Assembly: GCA_050250895.1 (NCBI GenBank)
Contig: JBFWNU010000007.1
Span: 32,001-96,000, forward strand
Length of the DNA: 64,000 nucleotides
Reading direction: 5' to 3'
Source: Vulcanimicrobiota bacterium
GTDB taxonomy: Bacteria; Vulcanimicrobiota; Xenobia; Xenobiales; JADMJV01
The notes under the pieces were generated by a model. It saw only the letters and a program-made list of their open reading frames with translations, was not told the DNA's origin and searched no databases. The translations under genes and the position numbers were made by a program. Below are positions 32,122 through 42,773 of the stretch, in pieces. How positions within the stretch are numbered: position 1 is the first letter of the stretch; every line of letters starts with the position of its first letter.

Positions 32122-33197
32122 AGGGCCCATTCCATGAAAGATTCGAAACGAGCCTTCGAGTTGGCCCGCAAGAGCGCATCCCGGGGAGTGATGGCGCCCT
32201 CTTGAAGGAGAGCCTCGAGCGAATGGTCCATGAGCACCATCCCCTGGCTCGAGCCGGTTTCGATAATCGAGTTGAGCTGATGGGTGCGGCTTTCGCGAAT
32301 CAGGTTCGAGACGGCTGGCGTGTTGTACAGCACCTCGTTGGCCACCGCCCGCCCCGGGCCGTTGGCCCTGGCGAAGAGGTGCTGACAGATGATCCCGCGG
32401 AGGCTCTCGCTGAGCATCACACGCATCAGTTGCTGCTGGCCGGAGGGGAAGGCCGACACGATACGCTCGATGGTGCTCGAGGCGCTGGAGGTGTTCATGG
32501 TGGCCAGGATCAGGTGACCGGTTTCGGCCGCCGTCATGGCCATCGAGATGGTTTCGGTATCGACCAGTTCTCCGACCAGGATGACGTCGGGGGCCTGGCG
32601 CAGGGCCGAGCGCAGGCCGGTGAGGTAGGTGCGGGTATCCCGTCCGACATAGCGCTGGCTGATGTGGCACTTGATGGGCCGGTGCAAGAATTCGATGGGT
32701 TTTTCCAGGGTGACCACATGGCGCTGCTTGGTTTTGTTGAGGTGGTGGATCATGGCTGCCAGGGTGGTCGACTTGCCGCAACCCGAAGGGCCGGTGACCA
32801 GCACCAGGCCGTGGCGGTGTTCGGCCAGTCTGTCGAGACCCTCGACCAGACCCAGGGTCTCGAGTTCGGGGGGCTTGTTGGGAATCAGGCGAAGCACGCC
32901 GTCGATGCCTTTGCGTTGCACGAAAAAATTGCAGCGAAAGCGGTTGCGGTGGCCGTCGGCGCTCTGCAGGGTGAGGATGGTGTCCAGCGAGTTATGGTTA
33001 CTCAAGTGGCTGATCTGCTCTTCGGTCAGATGAGGAGAGATCATGTCCACTGTGTCGGCGGGGGACAGGCGGCGATAGTTCTGTAAACGACGGAGTTTGC
33101 CGGCCACCCGGATAATGGGGACGCTCTCGGAAGATACGTGAAGGTCGGAACCGCCCAGTTCCACCATTTCGCTAGCGAGCTTAGCTAGATCGGCCAT
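32118..33197 (-). CDS. PilT family ATPase (divergent motifs)
   Basis: GPSGCGKST, TLEKPIE, LRQAPDVILVGE. Confidence 0.9.
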   Translation of the reverse strand: MADLAKLASEMVELGGSDLHVSSESVPIIRVAGKLRRLQNYRRLSPADTVDMISPHLTEEQISHLSNHNSLDTILTLQSADGHRNRFRCNFFVQRKGIDGVLRLIPNKPPELETLGLVEGLDRLAEHRHGLVLVTGPSGCGKSTTLAAMIHHLNKTKQRHVVTLEKPIEFLHRPIKCHISQRYVGRDTRTYLTGLRSALRQAPDVILVGELVDTETISMAMTAAETGHLILATMNTSSASSTIERIVSAFPSGQQQLMRVMLSESLRGIICQHLFARANGPGRAVANEVLYNTPAVSNLIRESRTHQLNSIIETGSSQGMVLMDHSLEALLQEGAITPRDALLRANSKARFESFMEWAL

Positions 33198-33224
33198 CCT
33201 GGCGATTTTTCGAGGGTTGGTACC

Positions 33225-34628
33225 TTATTCCTTTGCAGCCGAAGACGGGTCGGGAACCCGATACTCCGGGGTCAAAGGGACATCCACCGGATACTCGCCA
33301 CTGGTGGCTTTCCACCAGCGCCAGCGGGCCACCTGATAGTTGGCTCGGGCCTGGGCCATGGCAAAGCGGGCCTGGGAGAGGGCCGCCTGGGCGTCGAGCA
33401 GCTCGACGTTGGTCGAAACGCCGTTCTTGTAGCGCAGTTGGGCTACTCGTAAGGCTTCCTCGGATTCCTCCACCTGCTGCTCGGAGACTTTGATGGCCTC
33501 GTAGGCGGTCTGCACAGACCGGTAGGAGTCCTCTACGTCGAGCAACACCACTCGCTGGGTCTGTTCGAAATTCTGCCGCAATTGGGTGACGGCTTCTTCG
33601 GCCTGGCGCGCCCGAGTGCGGGTCAGTCCGCCATCGAACAAGGGGATGCTCAGGACCAGGCTGGTGGTGTTCTGGGTGCCAGGAGAAAAGCCGGTGACGT
33701 TACGGTTGACGGTGCTGTTTTGGATGTCGAGGCGGGGATTGTTCTGGGCCCATGTGGCTTGGACCTGAGCCTCGGCGGCTTGAATGGCCCAGTCTAGAGC
33801 CGCCAGCTCGGGGCGCTCTTCCAGGGCCCTGGCTCGCGATTGCTCTAGACTAAATGGGGGCGGTTCGGAGGCGACGGAGGGAGCCAGCACCACCTCCTGA
33901 TCCAGACTCAGTCCCAGGGCCGAAAGGAGACGGGCTTTGGCCAGCTTGGCGTCGTTGCGGGCCTGGAGCACGGCCTGACGGGCCTGGCTGACAGCCGAGC
34001 GGTTGCGAAGCACATCGAAGCGGGCGGCCACGCCCTGTTCGAAGAGCAGTTCCGATTGTTTGAGGTTGGCTTCCTGGGAGGCCAGGGTGTCTTCGGTAAT
34101 GGCCACCTGGTCGGCCGCCAGTTCGGCCTGGATGTAGCGGACCGCCACATCCTGAATCAGTTTGTCGATTTCGTTGCGGTAGTTTTCGCGCGCGCTAAGT
34201 TCGGACAACTCGTTGGTCAGGGTCGTCCAGTGGAGACGGCCAAAGGTGAAGATGGCCTGTTTCAGGGTGAGATTGAACTGATAGTTGTCGGTAGGACTGA
34301 TCACCACCCCGCCCGGCAAGGAGACGGGGGGCTCGACATGACTGTAGGTGGCGGAAAAATCGGCGGTGGGGTAGGCCGGCGTGTAGGCTTCTTCCACCTT
34401 GTATTTGGCCTGGCGAACCCTGGAGCGATACTCCTCGAGGGTCGGGCTGTTGGCCAGGGCTCGTTCGAGAGCTTCTTGCAGGTCGAGCTGGAGCGGCGCC
34501 TCTTTGGGTGCGGTCTCGGGGCTGGGCGCGGCTTGTTCCACCACGGGAGGTTCCGGGGGCACTTCGGTCTGAGCCCAAACCGGCATCACCATCAGAATTA
34601 GTAATAACCAGGGTAAGATTCTTTTCAT
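33225..34628 (-). CDS. TolC family outer membrane efflux protein
   Basis: Signal peptide, two OEP repeats, LSIPLFDGG, RYKNGVS..ELLDAQ. Confidence 0.9.
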   Translation of the reverse strand: MKRILPWLLLILMVMPVWAQTEVPPEPPVVEQAAPSPETAPKEAPLQLDLQEALERALANSPTLEEYRSRVRQAKYKVEEAYTPAYPTADFSATYSHVEPPVSLPGGVVISPTDNYQFNLTLKQAIFTFGRLHWTTLTNELSELSARENYRNEIDKLIQDVAVRYIQAELAADQVAITEDTLASQEANLKQSELLFEQGVAARFDVLRNRSAVSQARQAVLQARNDAKLAKARLLSALGLSLDQEVVLAPSVASEPPPFSLEQSRARALEERPELAALDWAIQAAEAQVQATWAQNNPRLDIQNSTVNRNVTGFSPGTQNTTSLVLSIPLFDGGLTRTRARQAEEAVTQLRQNFEQTQRVVLLDVEDSYRSVQTAYEAIKVSEQQVEESEEALRVAQLRYKNGVSTNVELLDAQAALSQARFAMAQARANYQVARWRWWKATSGEYPVDVPLTPEYRVPDPSSAAKE

Positions 34629-35194
34629 GCGAGTATTCCGTGCAACAGGCTGTTTACGAACTCTTCCAGGAACCCTTCATCGGGAAGTCCCGTCAGGTGG
34701 ATCATGAAGAGGACGGCCAAAAAACTGCGCGCCGTGACCTGGGTCTGGTGGGGGCGCAATTCTCCGACTTCGATTCTGCTCTGGAGATAGGCTGCCAGTT
34801 TGTCCATACACTCCTGGCGGCGTCGCTCCATTTGGGCAGCTACCGTCTCGTTGGTGCGAATCTCGCGAAAGAAGATCCAGACGACTTCCCGTCGGGCCGA
34901 GAACTCTTGCACGAGGCGCTCGGCCAGGGCCGGTAGGACCGCCGTCACCGATTGGTCCGCGGCCTCCTCGAGTTCAAGGTGAAGGGAGAGGGCGTGACGG
35001 TCCATCACCTGGGCCAGCAAGTCGTCTTTGCTGGTAAAGTAGTGATAGATCAACCCCTGAGAGACCCCGGCAGCCTGGGCCAGGGCCTTGATCGTGGTTC
35101 GCTCAACCCCCACTTCGCCAAACAGCTTGAGCGCCACATCGAGCAGTTGTTCACGCCGGCTTTCGGCTTGTTCTTCTCGCTTGGACGCACTCAT
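34625..35194 (-). CDS. TetR/AcrR family regulator
   Basis: LAQAAGVSQGLIYHYFTSKDDL HTH. Confidence 0.92.
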   Translation of the reverse strand: MSASKREEQAESRREQLLDVALKLFGEVGVERTTIKALAQAAGVSQGLIYHYFTSKDDLLAQVMDRHALSLHLELEEAADQSVTAVLPALAERLVQEFSARREVVWIFFREIRTNETVAAQMERRRQECMDKLAAYLQSRIEVGELRPHQTQVTARSFLAVLFMIHLTGLPDEGFLEEFVNSLLHGILA

Positions 35195-35200
35195 CTTGAT

Positions 35201-35258
35201 TGAGCGTTCACTCAGTGAACTTGTTTTGTAGTTTACTCCCCGAGATTCGGCCTGTCAA
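35201..35258 (-). promoter_or_regulatory. tetR promoter and candidate operator
   Basis: Minus-strand TTGACA-17-TAAACT (35258-35230); palindromes TGAG-N6-CTCA and TTCACT-C-AGTGAA at 35201-35219. Confidence 0.65.
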
Positions 35259-35339
35259 CCTTTCGAGAAGGAGACCGGCCGCGCAATTGGAAACAACGAG
35301 AATGGCCGGGAAAGTCCGGCATTTTTTGGAGGTCAGGCA

Positions 35340-36650
35340 ATGGAAAACACCGCCACGGTCCCAAGGGTGCGCATCGAGGATGTCGGCAAGCACGACGGCC
35401 AGATCGTCGAGATTCCTGGCTGGGTCAACCGCCTTCGCTCCTCGGGCAAGCTGATGTTCATGCAGTTGCGCGACGGGACCGGCGTGATCCAGGGCATCAT
35501 CAATAAAAAAGAGGTGGACCCCGAGGTTTTCAGCTCGTGCAAGACGCTGGGGCAGGAAAGCGCCGTGGTCGTGAGCGGGCGGGTCAATGCCGACAGTCGG
35601 GCTCCCGGGGGATACGAGCTGCACGTCACCGACGTCAAGGTGGTCCAGGGGGTCGACGGCTACCCGATCACTCCCAAAGAGCACGGCACCGATTTTTTGA
35701 TGGACCATCGTCATCTCTGGCTGCGCTCCTCGCGGCAACACGCCATCCTCAGGATCCGGGCCCAGATCATGCGCTCGATTTGTGATTGGCTCGACGACCA
35801 CGGCTTTTTGCGGGTGGATACACCGATTCTGACCCCCGCTGCCTGCGAGGGTACGACCACCTTGTTCGAGACCGACTATTTCGAGTCGAAGGCCTATTTG
35901 GCCCAGAGCGGTCAACTCTACAACGAAGCCACGGCGGCCGCCTTCGGCAAGGTCTATTGTTTCGGTCCCACCTTCCGGGCCGAAAAATCCAAGACCCGCC
36001 GCCACCTCATGGAGTTCTGGATGTGTGAGCCCGAGATGGCTTACTGTGATTATCTCGAAAACATGGAAGTGCAAGAGCAGATGGTCAGCTATGTGGCTGA
36101 CCAGCTGTTGGCCAAACGACAGGCCGAGTTGGCCGTGCTCGAGCGCGACCTGAGCAAGCTCGAATCCATCAAGCCTCCCTTCCCCCGCATCCGCTACGAC
36201 GAAGCCGTCGAGCTATTGCGCAAGAAGGGGGCCGACTTCGAATGGGGCGGTGACTTCGGTGGCACCGACGAGACGCTGATCTCCGAGGAGTTCGGCCGCC
36301 CCGTGTTCGTGACCCATTTTCCCACCGCCATCAAAGCTTTCTACATGAAGCCCGATCCCGAGAATCCCAAGGTGGTGTTGGGCTCCGATCTGCTGGCTCC
36401 TGAGGGCTATGGCGAGATCATCGGTGGAGGAGAGCGGATCAGCGATCTGGCCCTGCTCGAGGCTCGGGTGAAAGAACACAATTTGCCTGAGGAAGCCTAC
36501 GCCTGGTATATGGACCTTCGTCGCTACGGCTCGGTGCCTCATTCAGGGTTCGGCATTGGCCTGGAACGAACCGTCAGCTGGATGTGCGGGCTCGAGCACG
36601 TGCGAGAGACGATTCCTTTCCCTCGCATGCTCTCGAGGCTCTACCCTTAG
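35340..36650 (+). CDS. asnS: Asparagine--tRNA ligase
   Basis: [39 protein letters not shown]. Confidence 0.95.
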   Translation: MENTATVPRVRIEDVGKHDGQIVEIPGWVNRLRSSGKLMFMQLRDGTGVIQGIINKKEVDPEVFSSCKTLGQESAVVVSGRVNADSRAPGGYELHVTDVKVVQGVDGYPITPKEHGTDFLMDHRHLWLRSSRQHAILRIRAQIMRSICDWLDDHGFLRVDTPILTPAACEGTTTLFETDYFESKAYLAQSGQLYNEATAAAFGKVYCFGPTFRAEKSKTRRHLMEFWMCEPEMAYCDYLENMEVQEQMVSYVADQLLAKRQAELAVLERDLSKLESIKPPFPRIRYDEAVELLRKKGADFEWGGDFGGTDETLISEEFGRPVFVTHFPTAIKAFYMKPDPENPKVVLGSDLLAPEGYGEIIGGGERISDLALLEARVKEHNLPEEAYAWYMDLRRYGSVPHSGFGIGLERTVSWMCGLEHVRETIPFPRMLSRLYP

Positions 36651-38819
36651 GTGAACCGATTGACCAATTTTTCTGTGACGGAATTGCCTCGAGGCGGCCA
36701 ACTGGTTAGCTGGGGCGATTGGGTTGCTCAGATCGGGATCTACCCCGAGACCATCAAGGACACCATGCAGAGCCCCGAGGGGGTTCCGGCCATCTACGTC
36801 ATTCCGGCCCACATGTTTGATCTCGAGCGCGGGGTGTCGGCCGCCGAGTTGGAGTTCCCGGTCTACTGGAATTTCTACCTCAAGAACCGCAAGACGGTCT
36901 TCGTATGCCGGCCTCACCAGTTTCGCCCCATCTGGCGGGTGTTGCGCGAGGCCGTGTTCGGGCCGAGTTCGCTCTTTCTCGAGCGCGATTACCTCCACGG
37001 TGACGAGGCCGACGGCTTCCCCGACATGGCTCGCGAGATGGCCTGGTTCAAAGCCGACCCCAAGCGGCCGCGCCAGCGCTTGCAGTTGCGGGATCTGGTC
37101 GAGCCGGTGCTGTTCGACCAGGGCGGTTGCGCCCGGCTGGGCGCACACCGCATCCGGGTCACCGGTCCCGACGTTTTTCGATTCGAGCACGAGCAAGAGA
37201 GCCATGAGGTCGTCTTTCGACAAAGCGGCCTGAGCTCGCCCCCCAGCGAGAGCATCCACCGATTTCGTCCGCCGGTCTTCGGTATCACCGTGCTAGGGAG
37301 TGGTCACGGTTTTGACTCGGCTTCCAACACTTCGGGTTTTATTATCTGGTTCAACGGTCGCGGGGTGATGGTCGACCCGCCGGTCAACGCCACCGAATGG
37401 CTCAAGGAGAACGGTATCGACACGCGCATGGTGGAAGATGTCGTGCTGACCCACTGCCACGCCGACCATGACAGCGGTACCTTGCAGAAATGCCTGGAAG
37501 AGGGGCGTATTCGGCTCTTCACCACCTACACCGTGCATGAGAGCTTTTTACGCAAATACAAGGCTTTGCTCGGGATTAACTCAGCCGAGTTCGAGAATCT
37601 GTTCGACTTTGACCCCGTCACCATCGGCGAGCCCATCAACATTGCTGGCGGCGAGTTCTTCTTCCATTACAACTTCCATCCCATTCCTACGCTGGGCTTC
37701 GAAGTCGAATTCTTGGGCAAGCGCTTCGCCTATTCTTGCGACACGCTCTATCACCCCATGACCATCAACCAGCTTCATCAAGAGGGCGTGCTGAGCAAGT
37801 CGAGGGCTCGTCGCCTCAACGAGTTTCCTGCGAATTGCGATCTGATCTTTCACGAGGCCGGCATTCCTCCGATTCATACCCCGGTCGAGGTGCTGGGCGA
37901 GCTGCCCACCGAGGTGCGCGAAAAGCTCTACCTGACCCACATCACCCAAGCGTCCGTGCCCGAGGGGCTCAAGCTGGCGCCGCCCGGGGTCGAGCAGACC
38001 TTGACCTTCGACAACCTGATGCCGCCCGAGTTGGGGTTGGCCCAGCGCATGCTCGACGTACTCAACCACATGGACCTTTTCAATGACATCGAGATCGGCC
38101 GCGCCGGCGAGTTTCTGAGGATTGCCCAACACCGATCCTTCAAGGCGGGTGATGCCGTCATTCGCACCGGCGATCCGGGCGATGCCTTCTTCGTGATACT
38201 TTCGGGCGAAGCCGAAATCGTGCGCAACGCCGAGCGGATCAACGTTATCGGCCGCTACGACTATTTCGGCGAGATGGCCATCGTGCTCAACCAGACCCGC
38301 ACCGCCGATGTGATCGCTCATACCGATCTCGAAGTGTTGGCGGTGATGAAGCGCGACTTTTTGCGGTTCATCCGCGGCACTCGTCTGCTCAACACGCTAC
38401 GCCGGGTGGCCAAGAATCGCAACCACGGCAGCTGGCCGCTGCTGGCCGAGAACGCCTTTCTCAATCGCCTGACCACTTATCAGAAGACCCAGTTGGTGGC
38501 GCTAATGGAGAATCGCACCTTCGACGCCGACAAAGTGGTCCTGGGGGAAGACAAACCGGGGGTGGTCTATCTGCTCGACGAGGGTCGACTGCGTGTAACC
38601 GAGCCCGACGGTCGTCAAACGGTGGCCCGTCGCGGCGCTCTCATCGGTCGTATGGGCAAGTCGGGCAAGGTTTTTCCCTGCAAGGCGGTGACCGAATGCC
38701 AGAGTTGCGCCTATCTGTTGCCTCCCGACAGGTTCCTCAGCTTCTTCATGGCCAACCCGGGAACGTATGTTCGCTACCTGGCCCAGGTCCGCGCCCGCGG
38801 GTTGTCGGTTTTGACCTGA
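36651..38819 (+). CDS. MBL-fold metallohydrolase with two cyclic-nucleotide-binding domains
   Basis: THCHADHD motif; FGEMA...RTADV cNMP motif. Confidence 0.85.
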   Translation: MNRLTNFSVTELPRGGQLVSWGDWVAQIGIYPETIKDTMQSPEGVPAIYVIPAHMFDLERGVSAAELEFPVYWNFYLKNRKTVFVCRPHQFRPIWRVLREAVFGPSSLFLERDYLHGDEADGFPDMAREMAWFKADPKRPRQRLQLRDLVEPVLFDQGGCARLGAHRIRVTGPDVFRFEHEQESHEVVFRQSGLSSPPSESIHRFRPPVFGITVLGSGHGFDSASNTSGFIIWFNGRGVMVDPPVNATEWLKENGIDTRMVEDVVLTHCHADHDSGTLQKCLEEGRIRLFTTYTVHESFLRKYKALLGINSAEFENLFDFDPVTIGEPINIAGGEFFFHYNFHPIPTLGFEVEFLGKRFAYSCDTLYHPMTINQLHQEGVLSKSRARRLNEFPANCDLIFHEAGIPPIHTPVEVLGELPTEVREKLYLTHITQASVPEGLKLAPPGVEQTLTFDNLMPPELGLAQRMLDVLNHMDLFNDIEIGRAGEFLRIAQHRSFKAGDAVIRTGDPGDAFFVILSGEAEIVRNAERINVIGRYDYFGEMAIVLNQTRTADVIAHTDLEVLAVMKRDFLRFIRGTRLLNTLRRVAKNRNHGSWPLLAENAFLNRLTTYQKTQLVALMENRTFDADKVVLGEDKPGVVYLLDEGRLRVTEPDGRQTVARRGALIGRMGKSGKVFPCKAVTECQSCAYLLPPDRFLSFFMANPGTYVRYLAQVRARGLSVLT

Positions 38820-38893
38820 GCCGCTTTCTCTCCGGAGGATCCTGGCCACCCTCAGCCAAAGAGCATGGCCAGACAAGTTGAGAGGAAAAGAAC

Positions 38894-39643
38894 TTGGCCG
38901 GTCACTCTAAGTGGAACAACATTCGCATCCGCAAAGGCAAGGTGGATGAGAAGCGAGGCAAGCTGTTTACCAAGCTGGCTCGCGAAATCCTGATGGCTGG
39001 CAAAGACGGACCCGACCCCGAGAGCAACTTTCGCCTGTCGGTGGCCATCGCCCGCGCCAAAGAGAGCAACATGCCCAAGCACAACATCGAGCGCCTACTC
39101 GAGAAGCTGGCCGGGGCGGGCGGGGGCGACTTTGAAGAGATCACTTACGAAGGTTATGGCCCCGGCGGTGTAGCCATCATGGTCGAGGCCGCCACCGACA
39201 ATCGCAACCGCACTGCTGCCGAGGTTCGTCACCTGTTCTCGAAGAACGGTGGCAACCTGGGGGAAGGCGGTTGCGTGGCCTGGATTTTCGAAAAACGTGG
39301 CCAGATCACTGTTGCCCTGGAGAAGTCTCAGGAAGAGAGCTTGCTCATGGCGGCGCTCGAGGCCGGCGCTCTCGACATGGAGCCGGCCGACGAAGGGCTC
39401 TACACGATTTTCACCGAGCCCACCGAACTGCATCAAGTCAAGACGGCTCTCGAAGATGGGGGCGTCAAGATCAGGTCCTCAGAATTCACCATGTTGCCCA
39501 AGAACACCGTCGAAGTCGATGACGAGAACGCCCCGGCGGTGCTCAAGTTGACCGAGGCTCTCGATGATCACGACGACGTTCAGAACGTCTATGCCAACTT
39601 CGACATTTCCGACGAAGTGCTGGAAAAACTGGGGGTCGACTGA
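38894..39643 (+). CDS. yebC: YebC/PmpR family protein
   Basis: AGHSKW, YEGYGPGG, DDVQNVY. Confidence 0.96.
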   Translation: MAGHSKWNNIRIRKGKVDEKRGKLFTKLAREILMAGKDGPDPESNFRLSVAIARAKESNMPKHNIERLLEKLAGAGGGDFEEITYEGYGPGGVAIMVEAATDNRNRTAAEVRHLFSKNGGNLGEGGCVAWIFEKRGQITVALEKSQEESLLMAALEAGALDMEPADEGLYTIFTEPTELHQVKTALEDGGVKIRSSEFTMLPKNTVEVDDENAPAVLKLTEALDDHDDVQNVYANFDISDEVLEKLGVD

Positions 39644-40131
39644 GCCTTCGCAAGGTCGTGCTGGGGATTGACCCGGGCACGGCCCGCACCGGCATCGGCC
39701 TCGTCGCGACCTATGACGATTGCGTCGAATATCTCGAGCACGATTGCTTCACCACCTCGCCCAAAGATAGTCGAGAAATGCGCCTGCGCCGCCTGCACGA
39801 GCAACTCGACGCTTTGCTGCAGCGGGTCCAGGTGGACCAGGTAGTGGTCGAGCAGTTATTCTTCAATCGCAATGTCAATACGGCCATGGCGGTGGGGGAG
39901 GCCCGCGGGGTGATCTTGCTGGCGGCCGCTCAGCACAATCTGCCGGTAGCCGAGTTCAACCCCGTTCAGGTCAAGGAAGCTCTGACGGGCTACGGCCACG
40001 CCAAGAAGACGGAGGTGCGGGCCATGGTCATGCTGCAGCTGGCTCTCGAGAAGCCGCCCCAACCAGACGACGCTTCCGATGCTCTGGCCATCGCGCTCAC
40101 CCATATCTATTATCAGGACTTAGGCTTGTGA
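39640..40131 (+). CDS. ruvC: Holliday junction resolvase (start uncertain: CTG 39640 or GTG 39658)
   Basis: LGIDPG, EQLFF, DDASDALAIA. Confidence 0.93.
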   Translation: MSLRKVVLGIDPGTARTGIGLVATYDDCVEYLEHDCFTTSPKDSREMRLRRLHEQLDALLQRVQVDQVVVEQLFFNRNVNTAMAVGEARGVILLAAAQHNLPVAEFNPVQVKEALTGYGHAKKTEVRAMVMLQLALEKPPQPDDASDALAIALTHIYYQDLGL

Positions 40132-40712
40132 TTTCTCATCTGCGCGGAGTAGCTCACCGGGTGTTGCCCGGACAACTGGTCATCGATGTAGGTGGAGTGG
40201 GCTTTTCGGTGCTCGTGCCGGACACGCTCTCGGCCCGCCTGCACGAAGGAGAAGAACTCCAGGTGGCCACCCGGCTGGTGGTGCGGCCCGAGCAGATGGT
40301 GTTGTTTGGCTTTGGCTCCAATCAAGATCGCGAGTTGTTTACCATGCTGACTTCGATCTCGGGGCTGGGGCCCAAGAGCGCGTTGGCCATCCTTTCGGGC
40401 CTGTCGGCTTGCGAGCTGGCCGCGGCCGTCCTCGAAGAAGACATCAAGACCCTGTGTGCCGTGAAGGGTATTGGCAAAAAGACGGCCCGTCGCATCATCG
40501 TCGAGCTGCAAGAGAAGATTGCGGGGCTGGCGCCTGAAGAGTTACCAGACGGCGGCGATCGCGAACTCGAGGCCGTTTCGATCCTGCAGTCGCTGGGGTG
40601 TACCGAGCAAGAGGCCCGCGACGCCGTCGCCACCGCCGTCGACTCGCTCCCTCCCGAGGCCCCCGCCGACAGGCTGGTCATGGAGGCCATGCGGGTGCTC
40701 GGCTCGGGTTAG
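40128..40712 (+). CDS. ruvA: Holliday junction branch migration protein
   Basis: IDVGGVG, GLGPKSAL, GIGKKTA HhH motifs. Confidence 0.95.
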   Translation: MISHLRGVAHRVLPGQLVIDVGGVGFSVLVPDTLSARLHEGEELQVATRLVVRPEQMVLFGFGSNQDRELFTMLTSISGLGPKSALAILSGLSACELAAAVLEEDIKTLCAVKGIGKKTARRIIVELQEKIAGLAPEELPDGGDRELEAVSILQSLGCTEQEARDAVATAVDSLPPEAPADRLVMEAMRVLGSG

Positions 40713-40759
40713 GCCTGAGCACGCAGGTTCGAGCGACGCAAGCGAGAAACCCACTCGCA

Positions 40760-42076
40760 ATGAAGGTCCGGTTCATCAACCATGCGTCGATCCTGGTCCA
40801 AGCCAACCAGATTCGCCTGCTCACCGACCCCTGGCTCTACGGTCCGGCCTTCAACAACGGTTGGGATTTGCTCTGCGAGTCGGCGATCGAGCCCGCCCAG
40901 TTCGGCTCGCTGACTCACATTTGGGTTTCGCACGAGCATCCCGATCACTTCGCACCCCGTGTCTTTCACGATGTCCCCGAAGAGATACGACCTTCGCTCA
41001 CGGTGCTCTTCCAAAAGACCGAAGACCGCAAAGTGGTTGATTTTTGTCAGAAGCTGGGCTTTCAGGTGGTTGAACTCGAGCCCCGGGTGGAGGTCGACCT
41101 GGGCGCTGGCGTAAGCGTTCGCTGTGGCACTATCGGTGACGATAGCTGGCTTTATCTCAACGATGGAAGCTCAGCACTGCTCAATCTCAACGATTGTGTC
41201 CTGGATACCGAGGCCAAGTGCCGCCAGCTCTTGCCTTTCTGCCCCCGGGTCGATATCCTGGCCACGCAGTTTAGCTATGCCAGCTGGACGGGCAACGCCG
41301 ACGACTATCTGCGCAAGCGCCGAGCCGCTCTCGAGGTCATGGCGCGCGTGGCCACCCAGGCTCGCGTCTTCAAGCCCCGTTGGGTGCTGCCGTTCGCCAG
41401 CTACGTCTGGTTTTCGCACGAGGAGAACTTTCATCTCAACGAGGGCATGACGTTTCTTGAAGAGGCCGTGCGAGTGATCGAGTGTGTGGGCTGCCAGCCG
41501 CTAATTCTCTACCCGGGCGACGAGTGGCAGGCGGGTGAGCCCCACGATCCCTGGCCAGCCGTGGCGCGCTATGGGCTTGAACTTGCCTCGCTAGCGCAAC
41601 GCCAGAAACGCGCGAGCGGCCCCTCGGTGAGCCACGAAAAGTTGGCGGAGGCGGCCGACCAGCTGGTTGGGCGGGTGCGCGATCGCAACCATCTGCCTGC
41701 CTTGCGTTTGGCCTACCGGCTCAATTTCTTCAAGCCGGTCCAACTCTATCTCACGGACCATCGCCGCGCCTATCGGCTGGATCTGCTCACCGGTCTGCAC
41801 CCGACCCCGATGGCCGCTGAGGAGTGTGACCTCTGGATGCATTCCGAGTCACTCGAATTTGCTTTGCGCTTCGAATGGGGAGCCGAGACGCTTCACGTCA
41901 ACGGTCGCTTTCGCTCGTTGGGACGGGATCGGCATTGGAACTTCTTTTCGCTCTTCCTGGTGCCTGTCCAGAACAATCACGGCCGCAGCTTTCCCTGGGG
42001 CATTCTGGCTCACTACTGGCGAGAAGGCAAGATCATCCGACAGCTGCGCCGATTGCTGCGCCTGAGGCTGCCATGA
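40760..42076 (+). CDS. MBL-fold metallohydrolase (UlaG/CMP-Neu5Ac hydroxylase-like)
   Basis: NHAS, TDPW, SHEHPDH, PFAS motifs. Confidence 0.75.
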   Translation: MKVRFINHASILVQANQIRLLTDPWLYGPAFNNGWDLLCESAIEPAQFGSLTHIWVSHEHPDHFAPRVFHDVPEEIRPSLTVLFQKTEDRKVVDFCQKLGFQVVELEPRVEVDLGAGVSVRCGTIGDDSWLYLNDGSSALLNLNDCVLDTEAKCRQLLPFCPRVDILATQFSYASWTGNADDYLRKRRAALEVMARVATQARVFKPRWVLPFASYVWFSHEENFHLNEGMTFLEEAVRVIECVGCQPLILYPGDEWQAGEPHDPWPAVARYGLELASLAQRQKRASGPSVSHEKLAEAADQLVGRVRDRNHLPALRLAYRLNFFKPVQLYLTDHRRAYRLDLLTGLHPTPMAAEECDLWMHSESLEFALRFEWGAETLHVNGRFRSLGRDRHWNFFSLFLVPVQNNHGRSFPWGILAHYWREGKIIRQLRRLLRLRLP

Positions 42077-42768
42077 GCGGCCGTCGCAAACCGTGGCAAG
42101 GTCTGGCCGGACAGCTCTTGTCGTCGCTCGGGCGCTGGTTGCCGCGTCGCTTTTTCTTTGCCAGCGAACTGGTGTTGAACTATCTGGCCGTGGGTCATTG
42201 GATGCGGCGCCGGGGGTTTGCTCCGGTGGCTCAAAAGCGGGATCGGGTCGACCACTTTCGGGCCGTGGCCGCCGGGATGGCCGACCAACCTGTAGCCTAT
42301 CTCGAGTTTGGTGTCCGCGAGGGAGAGTCGCTACGGTTGTGGGCCGAGCTTCTAGCCCACTCCGAGAGTGAACTGCACGGTTTCGATAGTTTCGAGGGCT
42401 TGCCCGAAGATTGGGGGCTCCACCAACCCAAAGGGGCCTTTGACCAGGGCGGGCGGGCCCCTGTCTTCGAGGACCCAAGAGTGGTCTTACACCAGGGCTG
42501 GTTCGAGCAAACCTTGCCCGAGTTCAAAGTGCCGACGGACAAACGGCTGGTCGTCCACTGCGATGCGGATCTCTACAGCTCTACCAAGATCGTGCTGGAT
42601 TCTCTGGGGAAACACTTCCGCGCTGGGACGATCCTGATGTTTGACGAGTTTCCGGTGCGCGAGCATGAACTCAAGGCCTTCGACGAGTATTTGCTGGCGC
42701 ATCCCGCGGAGCTTCGCATCCTGAGTGCGACTCGCGGGTTTGCACAGGTAGCCTTCGAGTTTCTCTAG
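42073..42768 (+). CDS. TylF/MycF-like class I methyltransferase
   Basis: YLEFGV, GFDSFEGLPEDW, HCDADLYSS, FDE. Confidence 0.85.
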   Translation: MSGRRKPWQGLAGQLLSSLGRWLPRRFFFASELVLNYLAVGHWMRRRGFAPVAQKRDRVDHFRAVAAGMADQPVAYLEFGVREGESLRLWAELLAHSESELHGFDSFEGLPEDWGLHQPKGAFDQGGRAPVFEDPRVVLHQGWFEQTLPEFKVPTDKRLVVHCDADLYSSTKIVLDSLGKHFRAGTILMFDEFPVREHELKAFDEYLLAHPAELRILSATRGFAQVAFEFL

Positions 42769-42773
42769 AGGGA

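Noticed and set aside
32122-32781. N-terminal extension of the 580-aa ORF as a fusion or frameshift
   Set aside because: It overlaps the upstream pilT in another frame; an ATGA coupled start at 32121 explains it
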